Shown one piece after another: positions 1 through 12,986 of a DNA stretch of 64,000 nt. Position 1 is the stretch's first letter. The number at the start of each line of letters is the position of its first letter. The position numbers were made by a program, and so were the translations under genes. Source of the stretch: Tubiluchus corallicola (Eukaryota > Animalia > Priapulida); contig JAQGDQ010000158.1 in NCBI GenBank assembly GCA_030141605.1, positions 410,437-474,436 of the forward strand, written 5' to 3'. The notes below the pieces were generated by a model, which saw only the letters and a program-made list of their open reading frames with translations, was not told the origin of the DNA and ran no database searches.

Positions 1-345
1 ACAGTAAAAATAGTTTGATTAACTGAATAATCTAGTGATTATTAAACTTTACATACCATTGGAACTGTTAGAGAAAACAATACATTCTTAAAATAAACAA
101 TGTTTCTTGTGAGAAACTAATTCATTAATGCAGTACTAATGCATTACTTAAAAAACTAATTAGTGATTCACTGTTCATTGGGAAGTGGGAACCAATTTAT
201 TCTTTTCTACTGACGTTATGCTTTATCAAAGAATTTAATTTAAGGATAAACAACACATTTTTGAAAGAGGTGATGACTATCTTTGGTTTCTCTTTTTGTA
301 ACTTGCACTTAAATAAGTTAATTTCCAATTTATTCAAAGTAATGC

Positions 346-459
346 ATCTACATTTGACTTACCTAAGTCACATTTGAGTTACCAAAACACATTCGAAATT
401 CCTATGTCTACATTTCACTTACCTAAGTCACATTTGAACTTTCCTGTGTCTACATTTGT
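346..459. repeat. Degenerate minisatellite, unit about 19-20 bp
   Basis: Recurring ACATTTGA(C/G)TTACCTAAGTC-like units. Confidence 0.6.
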
Positions 460-1805
460 GTGTAAAACCCATACTACAACTAAACCTATAGTTTAATTCT
501 AGCACTTTACCAGCTAAATCTTTAGGTACAGTGAATGATTTTAATGCATTGAATAACTGTTTTTAAAACAAATGTTTGAGACTAGTTGTTTGCACTCCTT
601 AAATTGTATGTTTTACTGCACATCTCGCAAGTTACCTGTAATGACTCATTAAACTTAAAGGAAACCTGCGCTAACAAGGCAAATGTTTTCTAAATACTTC
701 ATTATTTTCATTTTATTATTTTTGTTTTACTGCAGTTCGCAAAGATCGTGCATATTGCTTTAGTTCTATGGTAAAAACTAGCATTAATTTGTTAAAAAGT
801 AGTGCTCACAAAAGCAGCTAAATTGTTCTGAGTGCATGATAGTACGAGTGTTTTAATGACAAAGAATGAAAGTAATTAAGAGTTGAATTAATTCGTAATT
901 CGTATCCAATTCAAATAAAAAACTGGTTTGAATTGAATTTAAACGTTCAGTGCTCCCCTTACAGGAACGTTTCTGCCGTGTCACAAGAGGTCTCCCAACA
1001 ATCGTCTGCTCTTCCAGCAGTCGGGTCAAAAACCACTTCTAATTTTCAATAATATTTGTACATCTCTTAGATCTTAGATCTCTGCTGGGCTTCGCTAACT
1101 GCTAAATCTAAGACTTAAGCAAAAATGTGGACAGTTGGGCAAATTAAAATTGATTTGTGACCAAATTAAGCATGTAATATGTCAGCCTGTAATTTTTCAG
1201 ATTTTTTGTTGTTAATATAGAAATGAGAATTATTTTTCTTAAATGTACATACATTTATTTCTGGGAGAAAGTATTTTTGAGAAATTGAAGTCTGTATCGT
1301 AAAATGTGACAAGTTAACTCAACAATGTGCAACATTGTGGAATTTAGGTAGTATAGTTTGAATTTTAATTTTAGAATATATGATGCTTGATGCGAAATTA
1401 ATTATAAGAAATTAAATGATTTCAAGTCATTGATCCAAGTTCAAAATGTGTTAATATTTCTGCTTTTGAATGTATTTGCATTGTAAACTTGTTGCACTCT
1501 ATGTGGATATTTTTGTGAACATAGTTCTTGAAATAAAAGTGTCAATGATTATTAAACATGTGTAATTAACATATTAATGTAGTTTTGGACGATATTTTAT
1601 TGAATGCGAAATTGTTTTCCCTGCTTTGTACGATAATAAAAGTTTACAATTATTACATTTAATTAATTCAAACTATGAAGTTTTTTTATTTACACAGTAA
1701 CTTAGTCATTGGATGCTGCACAACTCTGAACATTATACACAACGTAAAAATAGTCAGTAAGACAGCTGCCACTTTCTCCAGTGATTTTTTGACAACCCCC
1801 ATTCT

Positions 1806-1886
1806 TTACCTTCTGCCATATTTCCATCTGGCCTTCTGTTCTTCAATCTGGGCTAGCAGTCTGAGTGACAGAAAGATGACTAGTAA
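1806..1886 (-). CDS. TspanC8 tetraspanin last recognisable coding exon: end of TM4 and C-terminal tail
   Basis: Acceptor ttttttctttcag. Encodes LLVIFLSLRLLAQIEEQKARWKYGRR then TAA (1806-1808). The stop overlaps a possible AG|GTAAAG donor. Confidence 0.88.
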   Translation of the reverse strand, partial: LLVIFLSLRLLAQIEEQKARWKYGRR

Positions 1887-2148
1887 CTGAAAGAAAAAAA
1901 TGGTTACACCTTTTGAGCTCTCTCTCTTTCTCTCTCCCTCTCTCTCGTTTCAAGTTTTAGATGCTGTATTGTAACTCCGTTCTGCTCTCATCCCAGTAAA
2001 CATTTCTGAGAATCTGAGTCTATTAGTCTTGGTGATTATCTTCACTAAGTACAATAAAATAGTGACATTAAACTTTAGTTCAAGGATTTGCCTATGGGTT
2101 TTTAAACAAATCTCAGTTTTCCTATTAAGCGTTCAGTAAAGTACAAAC

Positions 2149-2265
2149 CATTGGTATTAGTACGGCGGTGACGCAGCTGGCCAGAATTGTACCATGATCC
2201 TCAATCCAAGCCATTATGGTGGGATAGCAGCCTACAGTATTTATAACATCCCGTGCTTCCGGTTC
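2149..2265 (-). CDS. TspanC8 tetraspanin exon: last loop cysteine and start of TM4
   Basis: gatacag ... GTTTGT, 117 nt, phase 0/0. Encodes EPEARDVINTVGCYPTIMAWIEDHGTILASCVTAVLIPM (IxTxGC motif). Confidence 0.93.
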
Positions 2266-3232
2266 CTGTATCAATTTTAACAGCATTTAAACTTGGGCAC
2301 AAATAAATTTACGAACTTTCATATGATTTCTAATACTTTCTGATAAATAATGGTAATGGTAAAACAAACATTTCAGAATGCAGACCGCGAATGGTGGGCA
2401 CCAAATTTTGAACGTTAATGGTTTCTTATAATAACCCCTGTACACCGGGCGACTGAACGGTGACCAGCAGTATCAATCAGGCACCATGAGTTAGTTAGCC
2501 TACCATGACAGTTACAATAAACCTGTTCTCAGTTCAAGCGATTGATGATGATCGTGAAAAGGTCAACGGTTAAGTGAACCAGACAATACATTTGTGTACA
2601 CTTCGCAGCCCATGGTTGTAATAGTAACAGTCTTAACAGCTAGCTAAATCCCTTACCTAGTTCGATTTTTTTCTTGTTCCCAAGCAAGATCCTGCTAGTA
2701 GATCACTCTGCACACAGCCTGATGCATAATTAAGTAAAGTCCACGTAAAACAACTGAAGTTACTGAACTGGTGCGGCAGATGGTTTGCTTTACCCACATG
2801 TCACGTAACGGTTGCAGCTAAGACGCGTACACTTAACCTTTGACCTACAACAACTGCGCGTGCGCACAACGAAACTGTGAAAAGGTTTATTCACGTTCAC
2901 GACCAATGACGTTTTACCTAGATGAAGAGGAAGTATGGCTCGAACATTCAATTATTTGATGCCAATAGAAATTGTAACCTCACATCGTTTGAATGAACTT
3001 CACTGCATTTTACAAGTAACTCGTATCTGAATTTTTATTTTAACACGTTGGGCGGCAGACCTGTCGAACAACCATCTGTTACTAACGGCTTTGCGATCGA
3101 CTCTCTTAACTGCCTTCAATGAACATGTACTTATCCATATTTTGACAACTCTAACGTCAAAAGCTGTCTGATTTTCGCAAACGTGGATATAATCAGACTT
3201 AGTTATACTTAAACTATAAAACTTTTGCCTAC

Positions 3233-3280
3233 CGTTTTCTTTAAAGCGTCAAATCCACAAATAGAATTGGGTGGCTTGTC
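3233..3280 (-). CDS. TspanC8 tetraspanin 48-nt exon carrying the 7th loop cysteine
   Basis: ttttctag ... GTAGGC, phase 0/0. Encodes DKPPNSICGFDALKKT (NxxCG motif). Confidence 0.9.
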
Positions 3281-3697
3281 CTAGAAAAGCATTTTTCACA
3301 TTAATTAGCTTAAATAGTAATTATTTTTCCATTCAGCAAGACTAATTGACATTCTTCTGAAAAAAAAACAAAACCAAAAGGAAATATCGAACAACTTATT
3401 GTGAGAATCCTGGTTTATGGTTTATGACAAAATCATAAGCAGAAGATTCTGCAATGTTACTTGAACTGTATTGCGATTGGAAGAACAAAACGTGAGTCGT
3501 TCACATAATTATCACGGTATAATATAAGACTCATAAGATTAAATGCAGGAACCTAATCTTACGCTTTGACAATGCGATGCAGCTACGTCCACTTTGCGAA
3601 AAAAATTCTACATCATTCCAGGTGTTTATAACAGAGTGAAAAGCTGCATTGGTGAAATATTCAAATTTGCATGACGAAAACTAAAAATGAATCATAC

Positions 3698-3826
3698 ATC
3701 TTCATAAAGGCAGCAAGATCGTGGCACAGCACATCGTTCAATGCTTGGATTCTGCTCCGTGCAGTTGTAGTAAGTGTTCATGTTCCAGTCTCTATATCCA
3801 TCAGGACCAACACCACAACACTTGAA
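3698..3826 (-). CDS. TspanC8 tetraspanin exon: CCG and PxSCC motifs
   Basis: tgtcag ... GTATGA, 129 nt, phase 0/0. Encodes FKCCGVGPDGYRDWNMNTYYNCTEQNPSIERCAVPRSCCLYED. Confidence 0.96.
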
Positions 3827-3867
3827 CTGACAAATATTTCAAAGCAAATTAAAATACAAAAACAAAA

Positions 3868-4170
3868 GAAGCCCATTCCACCTATAACTTGGTCCTATAA
3901 GCGATAATGGCCATTTTGATAACGGTGATGGTGATATGATGAATGGATGATGATGATGATGATGATGATGACGATGATGTTGATGATAAATGACTGGTTG
4001 ATTCACAATGATTTGAAGAAAAAGGAGAAAAATATGATGATGATGATGATGAAGCCCATTCCACCTATAAGTGATAACAGCCATGATTTGACGACACTGA
4101 TGGCGATAACGGTAGTAATGAAAATAACAGTGATGATGATGGTGATGACGATGATGACGATAACGATGAA
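3868..4170. repeat. (GAT)n-rich complex microsatellite with a short local duplication
   Basis: GAAGCCCATTCCACCTATAA occurs twice (near 3868 and 4051), each followed by GAT-rich tracts; intronic in the tetraspanin gene. Confidence 0.85.
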
Positions 4171-4466
4171 GAAAAAATTTAGTCCTGTTAAAGGCTTCAA
4201 CATCAATTTTGAAAGCCTCGAAAATTCTCAGTTTAGCAATTTTTTTTTCAATGCTAGTAAAAATTTCTACTTCATTAATAAAATTTTGTATTATAACTTG
4301 TTATTATAGTAAGTTTGTTACCTTATAGTAACTACATTATAGTTACTAGAATAGTAAACTCGCTACTAAAAGTAGCTATTTAGAAACACAGCAGTTTCCT
4401 GAGCAACACGGAATTTTGCTTGTATTCTGACTGAATGCATTATGATAATGTATCTGAGTGACTCAC

Positions 4467-4649
4467 TCCCACTTGAAGTCCATCTATAAGATCTTGAAGA
4501 TCAGGATCGTCTCTATACTTGTAGACAGCTTGAGTGAGAAAACTGGCAGGATTGACATTTGTCGTGTTAGGATCAGCAAAAATCAACACGAAGGCAACTC
4601 CACCCAGGACGACCGTGGCCACGAAGATGAATATAATCGTGTACGAAAA
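4467..4649 (-). CDS. TspanC8 tetraspanin exon: TM3 and start of large extracellular loop
   Basis: tttttgcag ... GTGAGT, 183 nt, phase 0/0. Encodes FSYTIIFIFVATVVLGGVAFVLIFADPNTTNVNPASFLTQAVYKYRDDPDLQDLIDGLQVG; YRDDxDLQxLIDxxQ is typical of TspanC8. Confidence 0.95.
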
Positions 4650-6276
4650 CTGCAAAAATGAAAAAGAAATAAACCTGGTTTGAATTGAAACAATCTAAAT
4701 AATTACTGCTTTGAAGCAACAGGACAGAAAAAAACTGCTTGTCGCGGAGTACCGGAAAGATGGAGAATTTTGCCTACCTGGAAAATAAGAGACATCCCAA
4801 ATGTAACACAAGTATTTCAGGCTCAGAACCTCTATTCATCAATAAAGTGCGCTGTGACCAAATACAAATGGGTGTCTATTGGCAAAGTATTAAAGCTGGG
4901 CAGGAATTTTGAAGGTAAATTTATGCAGAATTTTTGTCTAAAACTGTACTTGGACGGACAAACATTAAACGTAAACGTAAAAATGTCTGACTGCATGAGT
5001 GTTTATTTGAGCACATAATTGTATGGACATTTTGCTTACATCATATTCCTACTAATTTATTGCACTCAGTAATTCTATTTCAGCTTAGCGACATTTAATG
5101 TCTGAGCATCTTTATGAAATTGTTTTATTACCTATGAAGCAATTCGAGGCTTTTCTTATCAACGTCTAGTGATATATCATGCCTATAAAGATCATTTAAT
5201 ATTATGATGCTTATTGAAATCAGTACCTACAAAAGCATCCCATAGATTTAAACGCCTTTTATTATGTACCATGCTTTATGATGTGCATGGTAAGGCTGCA
5301 ATAATGTTAGTTGACATTGATAAGCATACGAAAAATAGAAAAAAAACTTAAAGCAGTAGTCAACTAATACTTAGCAGTTTGCAGTTTGTTTTTGCAACAA
5401 ATTAGCGGTTTTGTGTAAATGGTAGCATGAAATAGGTCAAGAAACATCGTCTTTTGACATTTTGTAGAATAATTCAAGCTGAATTTGAAGAGAACCGTTG
5501 ATCTAAATTTAACAGCACATTAAGCTTGATTCGTTTATTTTTGTCCTGTGGGTTAACTACATCAACTATCGCAACTCTGCTTCTTTTAGCAACTTGTTTT
5601 ATTCTTGAGCTGTCTAATTGGGCACAGTTTGTCAATTTTGTGCACTTGCTCTTTGAAGAATCAGTTTTAATTTAAAGTCTCACACAATAAAAAACTCTTA
5701 CTTGTCATGTAGTAGTAGTCTCTTTATACTCGTCAGAACCGAATGCACGAAAAGTTGTATTTATTATACACTGTCAGTATTGAACGTGTCTTTATGAATA
5801 GAATTTGGTGTTTAGTCATTCGCACAGTGAACATAATCATGCGCGCTCAGAGGCGCATAGCATTGTCCAATTGAGCACAATTATATTCGGGCAAATACGT
5901 GAGAGAAAGGTCCAAAGTCGCTTAAACGTTGCTGGTTTTCGTGCAACATGTCCATTTCGCTTGTGAAAATTATTAAATTATTACTTCATATGTATGCTAC
6001 ACCTCATGACAATTAGAAATGAATACGAATTGTAAATGACATCAACTGATTGTTGTAATTTTGTAAAAACGTTGAGCTTAGATCAAGCCTTTCCTGCCAT
6101 GATTTGTTGCAAAAGTTGTCCCAAGTTGCTGTGTTAAATCAGACATTTAACCACCAGAAGGTGTGAACCGTTTACGTGCAAGATAAAATATGGTATGAAC
6201 GCACCACTGTTATTGAATAGCCTTCGAAATCTTCTTGTTCAGACTTTTGCAGCGTATTAAAGAATTAGAGACTAAC

Positions 6277-6465
6277 CGTTTTTAATAAGCAAGTGTTCTC
6301 CCTTAAGGAGCCTGTGCAGCCAAGAAAAGCAAGAACAAACATGACGCATCCACACGCTAGCATCAAAATTGTTGGGTCCAAAACAACGTCCATGATGTCC
6401 ATGATTTGCTTCTTCTTGTCAAGAAATGCATATAGACCTACTCCAGCAAAAAATGCACCGCCAAC
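6277..6465 (-). CDS. TspanC8 tetraspanin exon: end of TM1, small loop, TM2
   Basis: ttacag ... GTTAGT, 189 nt, phase 0/0. Encodes VGGAFFAGVGLYAFLDKKKQIMDIMDVVLDPTILMLACGCVMFVLAFLGCTGSLRENTCLLKT with the DP and GCxGxLRENxCLL motifs. Confidence 0.95.
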
Positions 6466-7361
6466 CTGTAATAAATAGATAAAATAAACCAGCTTACGCG
6501 GGAAGAAGAGATCACAGCATTGACTTCTAAAGAGAGAGCAGTGAGCTTCTTGTGTCCTCTCCTTGTAATTATTACACTGTTACCAAACAATGTTATAGCC
6601 AAAAATATAAAATCAAATACAAAGAGGTCCCAGTGTTAGTTCTTCCACCAAACTATGTTCACTACCAGTGCTTCCGATAGTATATAGGTATTACACATAA
6701 TCAGGGGCGTATCAAGACATTACAACGCCGTAGATAGTTCAGTTTCGCCTATCTCTATTATCAGTTTATGGTTGTTTATATTTCGAAGCTTAATGCACAG
6801 TTACCTGTGGTGTTTTTGTAGCCCTCTCACTTAACACCAACGTGGGTGCTGTAAGTTCCCTATATTTGCATAGAGCTTATATAATAGCAGGCTGCACAAC
6901 TGCTTGTGGTTAAATACTAGTATTTTCTTTGCGCTTGTATAAAACTGCCTCCGTAACAGCTTGTGGTGTTTTACACAATATTGTGAATATGAAAGGATGT
7001 ACGCATTTGCCGAGATTTTTTAACGCAGGCCCCTTAAATCTGACACCCCTCAAAACTTAGCTCCCTAAGCTACAATCTATTAGTAAATATGCCCCTCCAC
7101 CCCTGCAAGGTCATAAGGTCATAATTATGGCCGCGTATGGATTACAAAGCTCACCAAATGTATGACATGGCAGACGCATTAATTAGTAACCGCCGTATCT
7201 ATTATGTTTTGATTTTAAGTAAAGCACTTAGTATACTAGTGCACAGTTATCATATAGCGAAAGTGACATTAGGACTACTGTACTACTGTTTAGCTACTGT
7301 ACAATTTCACCTTCTCCACAGTTTTTACCTAGATTGTTTGCCAAACATAAAAAGCTCTTAC

Positions 7362-7468
7362 CCAGAAAGCAAAGTTTATGAAGAACAGAAAATATTTTAA
7401 ACAGGAGCTGATGACCGTTTTTCTGTTTGCCTTGGAACTTCCTTGTTTCTCAACTTTAGACAACTTCT
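7362..7468 (-). CDS. TspanC8 tetraspanin exon: N-terminal tail and start of TM1
   Basis: Acceptor tttacag, donor TGG|GTAAGA. Encodes KLSKVEKQGSSKANRKTVISSCLKYFLFFINFAFW, matching the tetraspanin CxKYxxFxxNxxFW motif. Confidence 0.92.
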
Positions 7469-7831
7469 CTGTAAATATGAACAAGAACAACAGGTTATTC
7501 ATAGTTTCATTATAACTGTTTGCTTCTTGTCTTACAGAGAATTAATATCATATTAACAAAGTTAAGGTCGTCGTTGAAATATAATCTTGTTCATCTAATG
7601 AAACGACTGAAGACGATGACGTAAGCTTCCCATGTTTATTTTAGACACGGTTAACTGTTCTTTCCGGTTTGAGATTAAGATTTAAGTATACGGGTTTGCG
7701 AACTAAGACTCAAGTATCTCCTCAAGAATTTAATTCTAGATTAAAGATGGTAAGCTTCGAACGCAATGTAATTACAGCGAACGCACAATCTTCATAATTT
7801 TAATATTGTAATGTTTACGGTAATGCCTAAT

Positions 7832-7834
<3 letters not shown>

Positions 7835-7895
<61 letters not shown>

Positions 7896-7939
7896 AGGTG
7901 AGAAAGGTGAGAAAAAGAGATGAAAGAGAGAGGGGGAGA

Positions 7940-7986
<47 letters not shown>

Positions 7987-8085
7987 GGGGGTAGAGACAG
8001 GGTGTGAGAGAGAGAAAGAGTGACAGACAGACAGACAGATAGATGCACAGACAGATAGGCTGGCAGGCAGACAGACCTATAGACG

Positions 8086-8150
<65 letters not shown>
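7835..8150. repeat. (AG)n / (ACAG)n compound microsatellite
   Basis: Direct reading of the sequence. Confidence 0.97.
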
Positions 8151-8154
<4 letters not shown>

Positions 8155-8171
8155 GGGTGAGCGAAATATAC

Positions 8172-8238
8172 CTTCTGTTTTTGTCAACTTGGTTGGTGTC
8201 GTACTGCTGGACGATGTTATTCTTAATCTAGTTGACAT
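8172..8238 (-). CDS. Candidate alternative first coding exon (1b) of the tetraspanin gene
   Basis: MSTRLRITSSSSTTPTKLTKTE+G, with an in-frame TGA upstream and a GAAG|GTATAT donor in phase 1 that joins in frame to exon 7362-7468. Confidence 0.45.
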
Positions 8239-9960
8239 GTCTTGCTTGACACAACGTGTAAGACACGCCCACCAATAGAGCAAAACTCATCTATTATCGT
8301 CAATGATTCTTTTACTGGTCACATAGTTTTTATTCAGAATGGCTTTTAATATGTCGACCGAGCTTTATAAGATTACACACTTTCCGCAAAAACGTCAGCA
8401 ATGAATTCAAAATCTTTGGATTGCTCAAAAATACGCTGGCTTCTGTACATTGTACAGTTAGATTTTTAGTTTGCCACGACACCAGCAAGCAGTGCAGAAT
8501 TAGCGAAGAACATTAGTTTATTTTACGAATCAATTTAAAACGAAATTCCAAGAAAGCCAATTAAGGCCCATTAAAATCAGAACTAATTACACGCTGGGTA
8601 ATTTGGTATTAATAAAAAACAACCAAGCCAAATATGAAAATGTGCAAAACGCCACACACTACTACCAAACGATAACGTTCAGGTGGGCAATAATAGGGTT
8701 TCCAAATACCCGGCCGGATTTTAAACTTAGGTGAAAATTGACATGTAAAACCGGACATTAATTTGCCCATTTCTTCCACATTTTCCAATTCAACCGCAAT
8801 TGCTGTTGTGGTTATAGTTACACAAACATCAGAATTTTTTACTACAACATCGACGTCTCAAAAACTTATATTTAGAACTTTTTCTTTTTTTGCACACAAA
8901 CAGTGGAAGTCTGAAAGCTACGCTAAACAAAAAGTCGGCGATTTTATTTCACAGATAATGCGGCAAATCTTCTTTCTCTATACGCGTGTTTTTTCCATTT
9001 CAAAACGATTTAAAGAGTTAATTATTTTTTGCGGGCACACTGAGTTGTGTCCCCCATTTTGTCGAAATGGTATTACATAAAATTCAGTAAGCCTGTGTTT
9101 GGCCTACGTACTAATTGTCAGTTTTTGATACATGCTTTTGTACAGGTGTACATCACGCTGCTCCGTATTGTGTAAAATTATGGCTAACGAAGTTTTTGTT
9201 GTGTGCTAACGTCCGAAAACTCAAAAACACATGTGTTTGTTGTTATTATTTTTACTTTATAGGCCTATGCCTTTACATAATTGTTAAATCACTTTGATTT
9301 ATTATAATTTTATAATGTTTATACTGTTTTACTAATCAAATCACAAAAACATGATTATTTCGTTTTCTTTCTTCAGAATTAAACTACTTTTCAATTTAAA
9401 CTGCTTTTCAATGCCCAAACTTAAAAATGTCTTGCCACTTTTGGGAGCATTTCTATTGCATTACGATATTCGTTTCCAAAAAGCCCATTGTGGGCAATAA
9501 AAGCAGTTGACAGCTGTTCAAGCATACTGGAAACATGCTGGCTTGCAAAATAGCATAAAAAAATTGATTTAGAATCGAGTTAACCGCTCTGATCGAAAAT
9601 AATCGACGACAGGGAACTGCAGTGCAAGTAACAACGTTTAAATTGCTTGTTTGTCTGTCTGTTTGCTCGTTGTTTGTTTGTTTACTTGCTTGCTAGATTG
9701 GTAGAAGCGAAAAAATATAGCGACGGAAATGTACACGAGACATTCAAGTGAGATACAGGTATTTTCATTTTAGACACACAGTCACCGCAGTAAAAATACA
9801 ATATTATTTCTAAGCACTGCACGTTTAGTTGACCGCGCAAATTGATGACACTCAACTGGGCACGTCTACAACAATTTCCTGCTTGTTATGCAGCAAAGCT
9901 CGTCTATAGGCTTCGATTGTCCTGTAATTTAGCAGTAATTTAGTAAAAAAAGGAACTTAC

Positions 9961-10099
9961 TTGCAACTTGCTTGTAATCTCTTACAAAGTCCAACGTGTA
10001 AAATTTCAGTTGGCGAACCATTGCTGAAAGATCTATCATGGCGTCGTTATGATTCTCCATTCTCTTGGCACCATGACTTCCTTCAAGATTTTTCTTCAT
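9961..10099 (-). CDS. Candidate alternative first coding exon (1a) of the tetraspanin gene
   Basis: ATG-initiated stop-free frame MKKNLEGSHGAKRMENHNDAMIDLSAMVRQLKFYTLDFVRDYKQVA ending at a consensus GTAAGT donor in phase 1. The phase matches the acceptor of exon 7362-7468. No homology support. Confidence 0.4.
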
Positions 10100-11365
10100 G
10101 CTTTACTTTTGACACAAGGCAAGGTACATATGCTGTAGTTTTGTTCGCAAATGTATGCAAAAGTTTCGACAAATAATACAGTGACGCTTTTATTGTTTAA
10201 TCGCGACACCCGTTGTTCTAGTACGTTCTTTTTGCATTAATATACTTGCAGAAGCTTCACTATAATATTAATAAAGTAAAATGCAGGTATCATTTCAAAT
10301 CCAATTGAAGGTATCATTAAAAGTAACGGTGCATATTGCCCTCACAGTACTGCTCACGGATCTACGTCCATGATGTCACATATTTACGATTGATCATGGG
10401 ATATTAAAAAGTAACCGAAAGAAATGCGTGATACAAAGGTTTATGATAATTAATAAACTATTAGCTAATCGAATCTTTGTCGTGGGTTAGATCCATATCG
10501 GTAGCTACACCACATAAACAGACAGGTCTACTAAAAGTTCTGTGGACTGACTCCCTCAATGCGAAGTCACAAGCGCTACTCGCTCACACAACAGTCCATT
10601 GTCTGAAATCACGAATAATTCGAGTCTGTTGACTGAACAAATTACTGCAATTTGTTCGATCGAACTGACATTTTGTTCTGTTTCAGCGCGTTCAATGGTA
10701 ATCACACATTTTCGCTTATCTAAGTCGGAAGTTTGAGTTAAAATTCGATTTCAGATTTAGCAATGTTAATTCTATTACTTCAAAAGAGGCATTTCCTCTA
10801 TTACGTTGCGACTAACTGAAACTGAGTTTGAGAAACTTTGTGGAATATCATTTTATATTGCTAATCTTTCATGCAAAATATAAACGTAAATTTGCCACTT
10901 TATTAAGTTTCAGATTATACGCCAATGTCTATGATTCTCGACGGATTAGATTAAATAAAAAACTACACTGATAAAATTTAATATCATAATTTATAATACT
11001 TCAAAGCTTTTCATGTAGTTTTACAATTAGTCGGAGTTTACACGTTTAAGGAGCTTATGCAGCCTAAACAGAGAATATAAATCGCTGCAACAATCGCCAA
11101 GCCCTGAAAATGATTCTATGATCTGATTTGATTTTGATTTTAACTTTTTATTTCAAACCAAAGGTTTATAGTACAAAGCGTTTAAATATTTATAACACAT
11201 TAGCACATTAAATTAATAAACACAGATATAAGCAACAGTTACATAGCTAATAGTAACTATTAAGCCCATTTCTCATTCAGTCCACTGGTCTTGGCCCATG
11301 TGGCCTAGATTGGTCCCTCGATACAAAATTGTTTCTTAGTACTTTATAGTCCCAAGAAAACCCTA

Positions 11366-11549
<184 letters not shown>

Positions 11550-12678
11550 ACCCTATTAATGTCCAACTTTTATTAGAGCCTAAAATAATTTGATTTTTTA
11601 AGAGGCCAACATGCCGGAAAACCATTTATTATTATTATTGTCATCACAAATCCATTTATTGAAAAGTAATTACATTTTTTGCCTTCTGTTTTCGACGTTT
11701 TAGGAAAAACTAACATTTGGTTTAACATTCAACGGAATAAAAAAAGACAAAAAGGCAATTTATCAAATTCCTTGTAAAAGTTGATAAACTGGCAATCGAT
11801 ACGTTGATGATATCAGAGACATTAGTACCTTTTCTATTAATACACCAGTATTTTTGCCAGTTTGTTACCAAGAATGGCACCTAACTGCTCTAGCAATATC
11901 TGAAGTACCATCAACATTAACTAGTACAACTGTTTTATTAGTGTTTTTCTGGACTATCAGGACCACCTGGGGTAAGCGGTTTAACCAAATACAGGAAGGT
12001 CGTTTTCTTCATTTTTTCACCACAAGCAGGAGATCTCGGCTGATCATGCAGGAGAGCTGGCATATTGAGAAATGTGTCACCATCAGATGCAGTGAGGATA
12101 GCTTTTCTTATTTCATGATCTTGCTTTCTGTTAAAGTTAATCGCAGCTATGGCGTAGTCAATGATTTACAGAGGATCGCGTTGCGTAGAATATCTGTCAC
12201 ATAAGCGATATTTGCTTCAACACTTGCATGAAACAAACGCAAGCTCCTTTCTTACGTTTGGAAAAGTACTACAGCAAGTACTTCAACTGTTTTATTAGTG
12301 TCATTTTCATTACCTGTTGAAGATTTAAATGTTCATATTATTATGATCCTAGTTATGTAGGTTATTCACCACGCTACACCTATCAACTGACATCGCAAGG
12401 ATCTGCGAGACCTATTTACCTGAATGTATTTGTGAAACTGACTTTGAACGTCATCAACCTTTTGCGTTTCTGTCTCAATCGTGAGATTAGTTGGTTGTGC
12501 ATGTGTATGTACCATAATGTGTGGATTTATGATTGTAAAATCTCAAAACAAAATGTCTTCCGCTGGATTCTTTATCACAAAGTGTATGATGTATTCTAAT
12601 GTCCAATTCTAACATTGTCTTCTATGATGTCTACATGATAATTTTCCCAGCACACTGTATTCGCAGCCTTATACTTAT

Positions 12679-12986
12679 CTTTCCATTATTTTACTGGTTG
12701 ACCCAATGATGTTTCAGATCATTGGCTTTATTGATGTCTCCAGCTACTGCTGGTATTTTCCATTATTTTACTGGTTGACCCAATGATGTTTCAGATCATT
12801 GGCTTTATTGATGTCTCCAGCTACTGCAGGTATTTTCCATTATTTTACTGGTTGACCCAATGATGTTTCAGATCATTGGCTTTATTGATGTCTCCAGCTA
12901 CTGCAGGTAGTTTCCATTATTTTACTGGTTGACCCAATGATGTTTCAGAGATCATTGGCTTTATTGATGTCTCCAGCTACTGCAGG
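12679..12986. repeat. 77-bp tandem repeat, 4 near-identical copies
   Basis: CCATTATTTTACTGG recurs at 12683, 12760, 12837 and 12914. Confidence 0.95.

Noticed and set aside
7536-7620. Another possible tetraspanin upstream exon ending at a GTAAG donor (7531-7535)
   Set aside because: In its open frame, splicing to 7468 creates an in-frame TAG, and the intron would be very short.
11937-12165. Stop-free minus-strand frame of about 75 codons with an acceptor-like site
   Set aside because: No recognisable motif and no convincing donor; compatible with chance.
12679-12986. 77-bp repeats containing CAG|GTA donor-like sites, considered as tandem exons or CRISPR
   Set aside because: No spacers and no recognisable protein; a plain tandem duplication.
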